The position numbers and the translations under genes are program-made. DNA of 32,000 bases from Horticoccus luteus. GTDB lineage: Bacteria > Verrucomicrobiota > Verrucomicrobiia > Opitutales > Opitutaceae. The stretch is taken from the NCBI RefSeq assembly GCF_019464535.1, contig NZ_CP080507.1:3090001-3122000 (forward strand), in the 5' to 3' direction. This document shows, piece after piece, positions 1-8,482 of the stretch. Under the pieces are notes generated by a model. The model was not told the origin of the DNA, searched no databases, and worked only from the letters and a program-made list of their open reading frames with translations. Numbering within the stretch: position 1 is the first letter of the stretch; each line of letters starts with the position of its first letter.

Positions 1-649
1 CACCGGTGGCGCCAAAGGTCACCGACTGCTTTGCGCCGTTCACCAAGAGCGCGCCCGTGCGCGTGCCCGATCCTTGGGCGTAACGAATTTCGATCGTGGC
101 CGTGCCACCACTCCCGCCATCGACGTTATTGAACTGCACGTAACCGCCCGATGAAGGCAAATTAACGAAACCCGATCCCTTATAACCGCCGTAATTCTTT
201 TCGACCACGGTGCCGCCACCGTAACTCGCGCTCTCGGCCTGCAACGAGTTGCTGGAGGCTGACGAGGAACCGCCACCGCTGGCCGCGTCCACCGAAATCT
301 CATCCACGTTGGGGAAGTCCTGCCCGTTTGACTGGAGGCGTATCGTGTTTGTCGCACCGCTCTTCAGCGAGACCGTCACCGATTGCGTTTTCCAGGTATC
401 CCAGGCGCCGGTCGATCCGAAGGTAATGGCCTGCGTGGCCCCGTTCACAATAAGAGCGCCTTTGCGCGTGCCGGAGCCCTGCGCGTAGCGAATCGTCAAC
501 GTGGCGCTGCCGCCGCTGCCGCCATCGACGTTCGTAAACTCCACCCATCCACCCGAGTTGGGCAGATTTGCAAAACCGGAACCGTTGTAGCCGGCGTAGT
601 TGTGCTCAATCACTGTCCCGCCGCCGGAGCTGGCGCTCTCCGCTTGCAG
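1..649 (-). repeat. Tandem duplication of the CBM module, period 405 nt (135 aa); copy 1 is 649..245 and copy 2 is 244..1 (truncated by the window edge)
   Basis: Both copies begin with LQAESAS (Leu codons at 649-647 and 244-242). They align colinearly at protein level and visibly at DNA level. Confidence 0.7.
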
Positions 650-730
650 AGCTGCGAAACCCGACGATGCCGAAAAGAACGTGAAACCAGTAGCGAGAAG
701 AAACGATATAGGAACTAGGCGAAGGCGCAT
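1..730 (-). CDS. Secreted protein with tandem CBM6/CBM35-type carbohydrate-binding modules (C-terminal part lies beyond the window; not listed in the supplied ORF track)
   Basis: My own minus-strand translation from the ATG at 730-728 gives MRLRLVPISFLLATGFTFFSASSGFAALQAESASSGGGTVIEHNYAGYNGSGFANLPNSGGWVEFTNVDGGSGGSATLTIRYAQGSGTRKGALIVNGATQAITFGSTGAWDTWKTQSVTVSLKSGATNTIRLQSNGQDFPNVDEISV. An SGGGSSSASS linker follows, then a second copy: LQAESASYGGGTVVEKNYGGYKGSGFVNLPSSGGYVQFNNVDGGSGGTATIEIRYAQGSGTRTGALLVNGAKQSVTFGATG. The frame stays open to position 1. The N-terminus looks like a signal peptide. The pattern (AE..GG.....Y.GY.G.GF....G.V.F.........L..RYA.G...R...L.VNG......F..TG.W..W) is typical of CBM6/CBM35. 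Confidence 0.75.
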   Translation of the reverse strand, partial: MRLRLVPISFLLATGFTFFSASSGFAALQAESASSGGGTVIEHNYAGYNGSGFANLPNSGGWVEFTNVDGGSGGSATLTIRYAQGSGTRKGALIVNGATQAITFGSTGAWDTWKTQSVTVSLKSGATNTIRLQSNGQDFPNVDEISVDAASGGGSSSASSNSLQAESASYGGGTVVEKNYGGYKGSGFVNLPSSGGYVQFNNVDGGSGGTATIEIRYAQGSGTRTGALLVNGAKQSVTFGATG

Positions 731-1089
731 TGAAACAACGTTTGGGGGTCTATTAAATGATCCGTCTAAACCATCAGGCGGACGCCGGATGCTGCTCATC
801 GTGACCAATCCGATGCAAGTATGTTGCTCCTTTGATTACGTAAGATTACCCCCTTTGCGGATGCATAGAATTTGCTTACGTCTGCGCCCGAGCCGTGAGT
901 CGCCAATATTACGTCGTTTCCAACAAAAATAGTTTCCTAAATGCCCTGTTTTCGCGTTCCAAAAATAGGCACTTACGTCGAAAAAAATATGATCTCCCTC
1001 CGCATATTTCGGAACTGAGGGACTAGTTCTTCCTGAAAAAGCCGCTCGAGAGCCGCTTCTTTTGCGATCCGACGCACCTGCTTTTGGGC

Positions 1090-1905
1090 TCAAAGCCCGT
1101 GCAGCGCCGTGGCAAAATCCCCGACGGAAAAAACCCAACCAAACTCCAAAGCGACGCGCCACAGCGCCTGCTGCTTTTCCTGCTCTTGCCGCGCTGTTTC
1201 TGCGTTTTCCACCGCGGTGACCGCTTCTTTAATCGTCGAACACATGACTCCATAACGCCGCATGTCGACCATGCCGCCCGGCGACATGAGCAAACACCAG
1301 TTGATCGCGAACCCTATATACACGAGGTGGTTGACGCCGTGCACCCGGCAGAGCGCCGCGAGTTGGTGAGCGTTTTCCGCGATTCCTTCTTCCCCGACCG
1401 GCCGCGCCTCGTGAGCAAAATCAAGACGCGCAAATCCCGCGTTCACGTCCGGCCAGTTATGTGTGCCCACGAAAACGCGTTCCGCCCGCAGCGCCTGCAT
1501 GCGCGTGTAAACAGGATCGTGTGCCACGGGGGTGAACTCCCGATCAGGCCCCGCCAGTCTCACCGCTCGTTGATATCCCCGCAGATGCGAATAATAATCG
1601 CGCCCACCTACGACGTGGAACACCGGCAGCGGGCTCGCGCGCACCGCCGCGAGCAACGGAGGAAACACGTCATGCAGAATCTGCAGCGCGCGCGGATGAT
1701 ACTCCACGCTCCGCCGCCAGCCTGGCCACTGCTCCATCGTGCCGCACTCCCACGCGTGCATCACGACGAGTGCGGTGTGCGCGGGTGCAATTTCGACCTC
1801 CGCCCGCTGCCATCTTCCAAATCCTTCCGCCGGCACGGCGCGTGCGTAGTCGGCATCGAACTGTTGGTAAAACTCCGCTGGCAAGCGCACGCTGGATTTC
1901 GTCAT
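1090..1905 (-). CDS. Isochorismatase-family cysteine hydrolase-like protein
   Basis: ORF 1090..1956. The segments TALVVMHAWECG and VNHLVYIGFAINWCLLMSPGGMVDMRRYGVMCSTIKEAVTA resemble the isochorismatase fold (h-h-h-D/H-h-Q N-terminal strand; G..T..C catalytic-Cys region). The track start at 1956 is a TTG, so I prefer the ATG at 1905 (MTKSSVRLPAEF). GC3 is strong. Confidence 0.55.
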   Translation of the reverse strand: MTKSSVRLPAEFYQQFDADYARAVPAEGFGRWQRAEVEIAPAHTALVVMHAWECGTMEQWPGWRRSVEYHPRALQILHDVFPPLLAAVRASPLPVFHVVGGRDYYSHLRGYQRAVRLAGPDREFTPVAHDPVYTRMQALRAERVFVGTHNWPDVNAGFARLDFAHEARPVGEEGIAENAHQLAALCRVHGVNHLVYIGFAINWCLLMSPGGMVDMRRYGVMCSTIKEAVTAVENAETARQEQEKQQALWRVALEFGWVFSVGDFATALHGL

Positions 1906-2061
1906 GACATTGAGGGGATGGGGCGCCCAGCGTGCGGAAAAAACGACCCCTGCCAACTTCTCGCTGTCGCGCGCCTGCGCCGTTTGGCCACGCCACCTTC
2001 GACCCGCTTCTGCCGCCGTCGCGCGTTTCCGCCGCGTCGATGCCGCGCACGGCTGAACGCG

Positions 2062-3507
2062 TTAGGTCACGTAGCCTTCCTCGCCGTGTTCATTGATATC
2101 GAGGCCCTGCCGCTCCACCTCCTCAGTGGGACGCAGCCCCATCACCGCCTTGACCGCGAACGCGATGATGACGGTTGCCGTGACCGATAAGACCACCGTG
2201 AGCGCCATCGCTTTCAATTGTTCCAGCCACAAGCCCCCGTGCGTGATGAGCTGCGCGAGACCGCTTTTCGCCGCCGCCGGACCGGTGAGATTTGCGTTCA
2301 CGTCGCTGGTCGCGAGAAATCCCGTCAGCAGCGCCCCCAGCGTGCCACCGACCGCGTGCACGCCGAATGTGTCCAAGGCATCGTCATAGCGAAAGCGCGC
2401 CTTGAGCTTTGTGCAGGCGAGATACGGCACAATCGCCGCGATCACGCCGATCACCACCGCGCCCGTCGCACTCACGAAGCCCGCCGCCGGCGTGATCACG
2501 ACGAGGCCAGCCACGGCGCCCGAGCAGAAACCGAGAATCGATGCGTGGCCGCGAAAGATCTTTTCGATCCCGCCCCACACAAACGCCGCCACCGCCGCCG
2601 CGAGGGTTGTCGTCATGAATGCGTTCGCCGCCACGCCATCTGCCGCGAGGGCCGAACCTGCATTGAACCCATACCATCCCACCCATAACAACCCGGTGCC
2701 GACCATGCAGAGCACCATACTGTGGGGCGCCATTTTCTCGCGGCCGAAGCCGATCCTCGGCCCCAGTATCAAACATAGCACCAATGCCGACCAGCCAGAC
2801 GACATGTGCACCACCGTCCCGCCGGCAAAATCGATCGCGGCGATCTTCGCGCCCGCGTTCCACACGCCGTTCATCAGACCCGTCGAACCCCACACCATGT
2901 GCGCCAGCGGAAAATACACCGCGAACATCCACACCGTTACGAAGGCCATGATCGCGCTGAATTTCATGCGCTCGGCAATCGCCCCGACGATCAGCGCCGG
3001 CGTAATGATCGCGAACATCAGTTGATACATCGCAAACACGTTCTGGCTCACCCAGAAGGCGTAGTCGGTGTTGGGCGCCGACGTGACGCCATGTAGCGCG
3101 AAAAATTCCGCTCCACCGAGAAACGCGCTATTAAAGCTCTTCCCAAACACGAGACTGTAGCCGCAGCCCCACCAGAGCACCGTCACCAGGCTGGTGATGC
3201 CGAGACACTGCGCGAGCACGGAGAGGACATTTTTTCGCCGCACAAGGCCGCCATAGAAAAGCGCCAGTCCCGGAAGCGTCATGAACAACACGAGCGCGGC
3301 GCAAACCATCATCCAGCCGTTGTGGCCTGGCCCCGGCAAACCCGTCAGCGCTTTACCAGGGTCGCCATTGGCCACGTAAGCCTCCAATGCCGCGAGCCGC
3401 TCCTCCGTGGTCGGCGAGCTTTGCGCCAGGGCCGTCAGCGGTGCGAGAACGGCACCGAAAGTCAGCAAGTTGCGGAATCGGGAAGCGAAGACAGGCGTCG
3501 GTGACAC
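2062..3507 (-). CDS. amt: Ammonium transporter (Amt/MEP/Rh family), paralog 2
   Basis: Amt hallmarks are present: AIITPALIVGAIAERMKF, DFAGGTVVHMSSGWSALV, WYGFNAGSAL and DDALDTFGVHAVGGTLGALLTG. The track start (TTG at 3582) lies inside the glnK terminator hairpin. I therefore place the start at the in-frame GTG at 3507, which gives MSPTPVFASRFRNLLTFGAVLAPLTALA, a signal-like N-terminus. The start remains uncertain. Confidence 0.85.
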   Translation of the reverse strand: MSPTPVFASRFRNLLTFGAVLAPLTALAQSSPTTEERLAALEAYVANGDPGKALTGLPGPGHNGWMMVCAALVLFMTLPGLALFYGGLVRRKNVLSVLAQCLGITSLVTVLWWGCGYSLVFGKSFNSAFLGGAEFFALHGVTSAPNTDYAFWVSQNVFAMYQLMFAIITPALIVGAIAERMKFSAIMAFVTVWMFAVYFPLAHMVWGSTGLMNGVWNAGAKIAAIDFAGGTVVHMSSGWSALVLCLILGPRIGFGREKMAPHSMVLCMVGTGLLWVGWYGFNAGSALAADGVAANAFMTTTLAAAVAAFVWGGIEKIFRGHASILGFCSGAVAGLVVITPAAGFVSATGAVVIGVIAAIVPYLACTKLKARFRYDDALDTFGVHAVGGTLGALLTGFLATSDVNANLTGPAAAKSGLAQLITHGGLWLEQLKAMALTVVLSVTATVIIAFAVKAVMGLRPTEEVERQGLDINEHGEEGYVT

Positions 3508-3518
3508 GCCTTGGTGAA

Positions 3519-3534
3519 AGCAGGTCCAATGCCA
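3519..3534 (-). promoter_or_regulatory. Candidate sigma-54 (-24/-12) promoter for the downstream amt paralog
   Basis: The minus strand reads TGGCATTGGACCTGCT, which has GG-N10-GC spacing (TGGCAT-N5-CTGCT). It lies just downstream of the glnK terminator and just upstream of the amt paralog 2 coding region. The -12 element is weaker than consensus (CTGC rather than TTGC). It is also very close to the candidate GTG start. Confidence 0.3.
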
Positions 3535-3554
3535 GTGCCACGGGAGCCCGCGGC

Positions 3555-3595
3555 AAAAAAAACGCCGCCCGGCTCTGCGCAAGAGCGGGGCGGCG
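3555..3595 (-). terminator. Rho-independent terminator after glnK
   Basis: The minus strand reads CGCCGCCCCGCTCT-TGCGC-AGAGCCGGGCGGCG followed by TTTTTTTT. That is a 14-position stem with one mismatch, a 5-nt loop and a T8 tract. It begins about 20 nt after the glnK stop. Confidence 0.8.
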
Positions 3596-3616
3596 GGGAG
3601 GAAAACAATCGCGGCC

Positions 3617-4045
<429 letters not shown>

Positions 4046-5464
4046 TTAATGCGCGGCGGTGAAATCGGGATAAGCCTCGTTGCCGTGCTCGCCGATGTCC
4101 AGACCTTCAGTCTCCTCCTCGGCGGTGACGCGGATGCCTTTGGTGGCGGCTTTGACCACCCACCAGAAGAGCAACGAACCGGCGAAGGCGAACGCTCCGA
4201 CACACACGATGCCTTTGAGCTGAATCAGCGTTTGCGCCAGCCGCGTCGTCTCCGTCGTCACGCCCGCCGCCATCGCCGCCACCGCCTTGTCGTAGAACAA
4301 CCCGGTTGCGAGCGTCCCCCAGATGCCGTTCACCAAGTGCACGGACAGCGCGCCTACCGGATCGTCGATCTTGAGCTTGTCGAACAAGATGACCGCCGGC
4401 ACGACGATGATACCCGCGATCAAGCCAATCACCGCGCCCGCCGGCACCGTCACGAAGGCACACGGCGCCGTGATGGCGACCAGCCCCGCGAGGCAGCCGT
4501 TGAGGATCATCGAAAAATCAGGCTTCTTCAAAAGCACCCAGGCCGTGAGCGCTGCACCGATCGAACCGGTCGCCGCCGCAATGTTGGTGTTGACCAGCAC
4601 GTGCGAAATCGCGCTGCCGTCTCCCACCGCCATCGTCGAACCTGGGTTGAACCCGAACCAGCCCAGCCAGAGGATCAACACCCCAAGCGCGGCCGACGTC
4701 ATGTTGTGGCCCGGGATCGGGTGCACCTTCCCGTCTTTGCCGAATTTGCCCAACCGCGGCCCCAGCACCAGCACACCTGCCAGTGCCGCCCAACCGCCGA
4801 CCGAATGCACCACCGTCGAGCCCGCAAAGTCGCGAAAGTTCATCGCGCCCAGCCAGCCCCCGCCCCAGATCCAGTGCCCGGAAATCGGATAGATCACCGC
4901 GACCAGCAAAAAGCTGAAGAGGATGAAGGAACTGAACTTGATCCGCTCGGCGACTGCGCCGGAGACGATCGTCGCCGCTGTGCCCGCGAATACCAGTTGG
5001 AAGAAGAACTTCGCCCAGAGCGGCACGCCGGTCCAATTGAGCGCCGAATACACGCCGTGGTAAGCGTCCGCCAGCGCTGGCGAATTATCCGCGCCACCCA
5101 CGAAAAACAAGCCGTTCAGGCCGAAGAACGAAGAGCCGTCGCCAAACATCAGCCCCCAGCCGATGGCCCAAAAGGACACCGTCGAGATCGCGAAAACGAT
5201 GAAGTTCTTCGCAAGAATGTTGACGCAGTTTTTCGAACGGCAAAGTCCGGACTCCACCAACGCGAATCCCGCGTTCATCCAGAACACGAGCATGGCGGTG
5301 ACGAGCACCCAGACCGTGTCGAGGCCGATTTTCATACTGTTGAACGCCGCCGGATCAACGGCGGCGGCAGGCGATTGCGCCAGGAGAGGAGTCGCCGCCG
5401 CGAGGACGGCGAACAATCCGGCGATCTTTATGGGCCCGGCGATGGGCGTGAACCGAAGCTTCAT
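4046..5464 (-). CDS. amt: Ammonium transporter (Amt/MEP/Rh family), paralog 1
   Basis: Amt hallmarks are present: FAGTAATIVSGAVAERIKF, DFAGSTVVHSVGGWAALAG, GWFGFNPGS and DDPVGALSVHLVNGIWGTLATG. I trimmed the start to the ATG at 5464 (MKLRFTPIAGPIKIAGLFAVLAAATPLLAQ), which gives a signal-like N-terminus. Confidence 0.9.
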   Translation of the reverse strand: MKLRFTPIAGPIKIAGLFAVLAAATPLLAQSPAAAVDPAAFNSMKIGLDTVWVLVTAMLVFWMNAGFALVESGLCRSKNCVNILAKNFIVFAISTVSFWAIGWGLMFGDGSSFFGLNGLFFVGGADNSPALADAYHGVYSALNWTGVPLWAKFFFQLVFAGTAATIVSGAVAERIKFSSFILFSFLLVAVIYPISGHWIWGGGWLGAMNFRDFAGSTVVHSVGGWAALAGVLVLGPRLGKFGKDGKVHPIPGHNMTSAALGVLILWLGWFGFNPGSTMAVGDGSAISHVLVNTNIAAATGSIGAALTAWVLLKKPDFSMILNGCLAGLVAITAPCAFVTVPAGAVIGLIAGIIVVPAVILFDKLKIDDPVGALSVHLVNGIWGTLATGLFYDKAVAAMAAGVTTETTRLAQTLIQLKGIVCVGAFAFAGSLLFWWVVKAATKGIRVTAEEETEGLDIGEHGNEAYPDFTAAH

Positions 5465-5529
5465 GGTTTCGTTTCGATGAGGAGTTTGCTGGTGAGATTT
5501 GCCGGTCAGCGGACCGACGCTCCCGTTTA

Positions 5530-5544
5530 GCAAAGGCTGTGCCA
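5530..5544 (-). promoter_or_regulatory. Sigma-54 (RpoN) -24/-12 promoter upstream of amt-glnK
   Basis: The minus strand reads TTGGCACAGCCTTTGCTAAAC. This is an exact match to the TGGCAC-N5-TTGC consensus. The -12 GC lies about 65 nt upstream of the amt ATG at 5464. Confidence 0.75.
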
Positions 5545-5618
5545 ACGCCCGCCGCCCTCTTTCCAACGTTCGCTCTGGACCATGCTCCGCCGCCTCTTTC
5601 ACCTCCGCCGCGTCGTGC

Positions 5619-5651
5619 GCAAAAAAAGGCGGACTCCGCAGAGTCCGCCTT
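5619..5651 (-). terminator. Rho-independent terminator after aspS
   Basis: A perfect 11-bp stem, AAGGCGGACTC/GAGTCCGCCTT (5626..5636 and 5641..5651), encloses a 4-nt loop. On the minus strand a run of 7 T follows. It starts 24 nt after the aspS stop. Confidence 0.8.
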
Positions 5652-5675
5652 GGTTCGAGCAGTTTTGGGCCGCAG

Positions 5676-7451
5676 TTATTCCGGCATCACGGTCTGGATG
5701 TGCAGATCTTTGAGCTGCTTCTCGGTGACCGACGTCGGGCTCTGCGTCATGAGATCCTGCGCGCGCTGCGTCTTCGGAAACGCAATGACGTCGCGGATAC
5801 TCGTCGTGCCGCACAGCAGCGCCACCATCCGGTCGAGACCGAACGCGATGCCGCCATGCGGAGGCGCGCCAAATTTGAACGCACGCAACATGTAGCCGAA
5901 ACGGCTTTCCACCACGTCCGCCGGAATCTTCAGCACGTCTTTGAAAATCTTTTCCTGCACGTCGGGTTGATGGATCCGGATCGAGCCGCCGCCCAGTTCC
6001 ATGCCATTCAGGACGACGTCGTAATGCTGGCCGCGCACCGCTTTCGGATCGCTGTCGAGCAGCGCTGCGTCCTCCGGCACCGGTGAGGTGAACGGGTGAT
6101 GCGTCGCCGCGTAGCCGCCGCGTTCCTCGTCGTAGCTCATCAGCGGAAAGTCGACGACCCACAGAAAATTCCACTGGTCCGCGCGCAACGTGAGCTTGCC
6201 GCGCTTCACGAGCAGTTGCGCGGCCTCGAGGCGGATGCGGCCGAGGATCGCGCAGGCGCGCTCCCACGGCGCCGCCGCGAAAAACGCGATGTCGCCGTCC
6301 TCCAGATTGAGGCGCTGCGTCAGCTCCGCTTTCTCCGCATCGGAGAAAAATTTCACGATCGGCGACTTCCACTCGCCCTTCTCGACTTTGATGAACGCGA
6401 GTCCTTTCGCGCCGAGCGATTTCGCGATGTCTTCCAACGCGCCGATTTCTCCCTGCGTCACGTCCGCGAGGCCTTTGCCGTTGAACGCCTTCACTGCGCC
6501 GCCGTTCGCGATCGTCGATTGAAACACTTTGAAGCCGGAGTTCTTGAACGTGTCGCTCAGGTCCACCAGTTCCATCGCGAAACGCGTGTCGGGCTTGTCG
6601 ACCCCATAGCGGTTCATCGCGTCCTTGAACGCCAGTCGCGGAAACGGCGTGGGCAGGTCGTGATCGAGCACGTCCTTCCACACTTTTTTCAACATGCCTT
6701 CGAACAGCGCGTAGATGCCTTCCCGATCGATGAACGACACCTCGACGTCGATCTGCGTAAACTCCATCTGCCGGTCCGCCCGCAGATCCTCATCGCGAAA
6801 ACAGCGCGCAATCTGGAAATATTTTTCCACGCCCGCCACCATCAGGATTTGTTTGAACTGCTGCGGCGACTGCGAGAGCGCGTAAAACTGCCCGGCGTGA
6901 ATCCGCGAGGGCACGAGGTATTCCCGCGCGCCTTCCGGCGTGCTCTTGAACAGCGCCGGCGTCTCCACTTCGTAGAAACCCTGCCCGTCGAAATAGTCGC
7001 GCACCGACTTCGTCGCCCGGTGCCGCACGGCGAGATTCTTCCGCATCTTCGGCCGCCGCAGGTCGAGATAGCGATACGTCAGGCGCATATCCTCGTTGAC
7101 CTTGTCCCCCCCCGCGTCGGTCAGCGGAAATGGCGGCGTCTCCGAAAGATTGTGCACGACGACTTCCGTCGCATCCACTTCGATTTCGCCCGTCGGCAGA
7201 TTCTTGTTCACCATCGCCTCCGGCCGTGACTCGACCTTGCCCGTGATGCCGATCACCGACTCATCCTTCAACCGCGCCGCCTGCTCGCGCAGCGCCGAGT
7301 CGAACTTCACCTGCGTGATGCCTTCGCGGTCCCGCAGATCGACGAAAATAATGCCGCCGTGATCGCGGACGGAGTCGACCCAACCGGCCAACGAAACAGT
7401 GGCGCCGAGGTCGGCTTTGGAGAGCTGGGCACAGTGATGGGTGCGCTTCAT
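5676..7451 (-). CDS. aspS: Aspartate--tRNA ligase (bacterial type, 591 aa)
   Basis: The N-terminus is MKRTHHCAQLSKADLGATVSLAGWVDSVRDHGGIIFVDLRDREGITQV. Class II motifs are present: FYALSQSPQQFKQILM, FQIARCFRDEDLRADRQ.EFTQID and GGGSIRIH...FGAPPHGGIAFGLDR. I trimmed the start to the ATG at 7451. Confidence 0.95.
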   Translation of the reverse strand: MKRTHHCAQLSKADLGATVSLAGWVDSVRDHGGIIFVDLRDREGITQVKFDSALREQAARLKDESVIGITGKVESRPEAMVNKNLPTGEIEVDATEVVVHNLSETPPFPLTDAGGDKVNEDMRLTYRYLDLRRPKMRKNLAVRHRATKSVRDYFDGQGFYEVETPALFKSTPEGAREYLVPSRIHAGQFYALSQSPQQFKQILMVAGVEKYFQIARCFRDEDLRADRQMEFTQIDVEVSFIDREGIYALFEGMLKKVWKDVLDHDLPTPFPRLAFKDAMNRYGVDKPDTRFAMELVDLSDTFKNSGFKVFQSTIANGGAVKAFNGKGLADVTQGEIGALEDIAKSLGAKGLAFIKVEKGEWKSPIVKFFSDAEKAELTQRLNLEDGDIAFFAAAPWERACAILGRIRLEAAQLLVKRGKLTLRADQWNFLWVVDFPLMSYDEERGGYAATHHPFTSPVPEDAALLDSDPKAVRGQHYDVVLNGMELGGGSIRIHQPDVQEKIFKDVLKIPADVVESRFGYMLRAFKFGAPPHGGIAFGLDRMVALLCGTTSIRDVIAFPKTQRAQDLMTQSPTSVTEKQLKDLHIQTVMPE

Positions 7452-7626
7452 AGTGGGCAAAAGAGGCTGAGGAAAGCCCACCTGCCGCGCCGAGCGCAAA
7501 CAGAAACGCTGCCCGGCCCTCGTGCGCACGAGCGACCTGCGCCCCGGGCCCTTCCTGCTCGCCGGCCTCGCTCCGACGCGACCTCTCGTCCGCCGCCAGC
7601 GTCGCTCGCGTTTTTCCCAGCCGCGG

Positions 7627-8352
7627 TCAGCCCGGTTTCTGAATCTCGACAAACACGGTCACCACCGGTCGTCCGCGCCCATAACACCAGTTGCGCTCCG
7701 CAAAATCTGGTGCGCGCCGCTCCGACACCACCGGATATGGCGCAAACAACCGTTCCAATTCCGCCGGTGAAAAATAACGCACGCCATCCGCGTAGGCTTT
7801 CCCGTCGCGATCGCAATCCGTCGTCAGCAACATCCGCCCGCCCGGCTTCAGGCAGCGATACATCTCCGCCAGCGCCCGCTCCACGTTGGGAATGTGTTCG
7901 ATAACTGAAACGCTCACGATCGCATCAAACGTTCCGTCCGCGTCCGCCATTGCCGTCAGATCCACCGGCCGGATTTCCAGCCGCGGCGCCGCCGCTTTCA
8001 TCGTCCGCCGCCACGTCCAAAACGGCGCCTCGTTTTGTTTTCGCGGCAACACCCCCAGCGCGCGCAGCATTCCCTTCCGCAACCGCGCTCCATAAATATC
8101 CGACACCACCACGCGTTCACTGCGCTCCGCCAGCCACAGGCCGAGATAGGTGTTAAACGCCCCTGTATCGAGCATCGCGCCGACCTTCGTCTCGCCGCCC
8201 GGCAACCGCCGCAGCACCTGCCACAATTCCCAGTCCCGCATGCGCAGCGGAAACGAATAATCCGCGCCCACCTTGCCGCGCACGAAGGCATCATAGGAGG
8301 CCAACGCCGCCGCGCACTCGCCACCCAGTTCGTTCGCTTCGAAAAACTTCAT
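7627..8352 (-). CDS. Class I SAM-dependent methyltransferase (substrate unknown)
   Basis: MLDTGAFNTYLGLWLA..VVVSDI is a motif I-like segment. FDAIVSVSVIEHIPNVERALAEMYRCLKPGGRMLLTT is the typical Methyltransf_11-like post-I/II region. The start is the ATG at 8352 (MKFFEANEL). Confidence 0.7.
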   Translation of the reverse strand: MKFFEANELGGECAAALASYDAFVRGKVGADYSFPLRMRDWELWQVLRRLPGGETKVGAMLDTGAFNTYLGLWLAERSERVVVSDIYGARLRKGMLRALGVLPRKQNEAPFWTWRRTMKAAAPRLEIRPVDLTAMADADGTFDAIVSVSVIEHIPNVERALAEMYRCLKPGGRMLLTTDCDRDGKAYADGVRYFSPAELERLFAPYPVVSERRAPDFAERNWCYGRGRPVVTVFVEIQKPG

Positions 8353-8423
8353 GCGCACGTCTCGGCCGAAGCCTGTTGTGGGCCGGCTGCACTCACCGCG
8401 CTCCTCCGGCACATATCCTGTAG

Positions 8424-8443
8424 GCGGGGTGCCCCCACCCCGC
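8424..8443 (-). terminator. GC-rich hairpin downstream of gpmI (possible terminator or processing structure; no U-tract)
   Basis: A perfect 8-bp stem, GCGGGGTG/CACCCCGC, with a 4-nt loop, lies in the gpmI-to-methyltransferase spacer. Confidence 0.25.
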
Positions 8444-8482
8444 TCCTCATTCCCTCCCCGCGCGCTCCCGATTTCCCGCCGC

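Noticed and set aside
1021-1089. Possible terminator downstream of the isochorismatase-like gene (AGCGGCTCTCGAGCGGCTTTTTC on the minus strand)
   Set aside because: The two arms are mostly a direct repeat (AGCGGCT x2). Pairing is limited to short segments with a central mismatch and a loop too tight to form. The evidence is too weak to call.
1084-2190. 368-aa plus-strand ORF
   Set aside because: It lies antisense to the isochorismatase-like gene and is Arg/His-rich with no recognisable domain.
3529-3540. Second TGGCAC hexamer just upstream of the candidate sigma-54 element
   Set aside because: TGGCAC-N5 here is followed by TTGG, not TTGC. The invariant -12 GC is therefore missing in this register. 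Only the overlapping TGGCAT-N5-CTGC register was kept, at low confidence.
3508-3582. N-terminal 25 codons of the track ORF for the second amt (TTG start at 3582)
   Set aside because: The TTG lies inside the stem of the glnK terminator hairpin. The encoded MRRAGRRFFCRGLPWHWHWTCFHQG is not transporter-like. I moved the start downstream, and it remains uncertain.
5599-7229. Alternative-frame ORFs within aspS (5599..6681 minus strand, 6096..7229 plus strand)
   Set aside because: The aspS frame carries all the class II synthetase motifs. These alternative frames are compositional artefacts.
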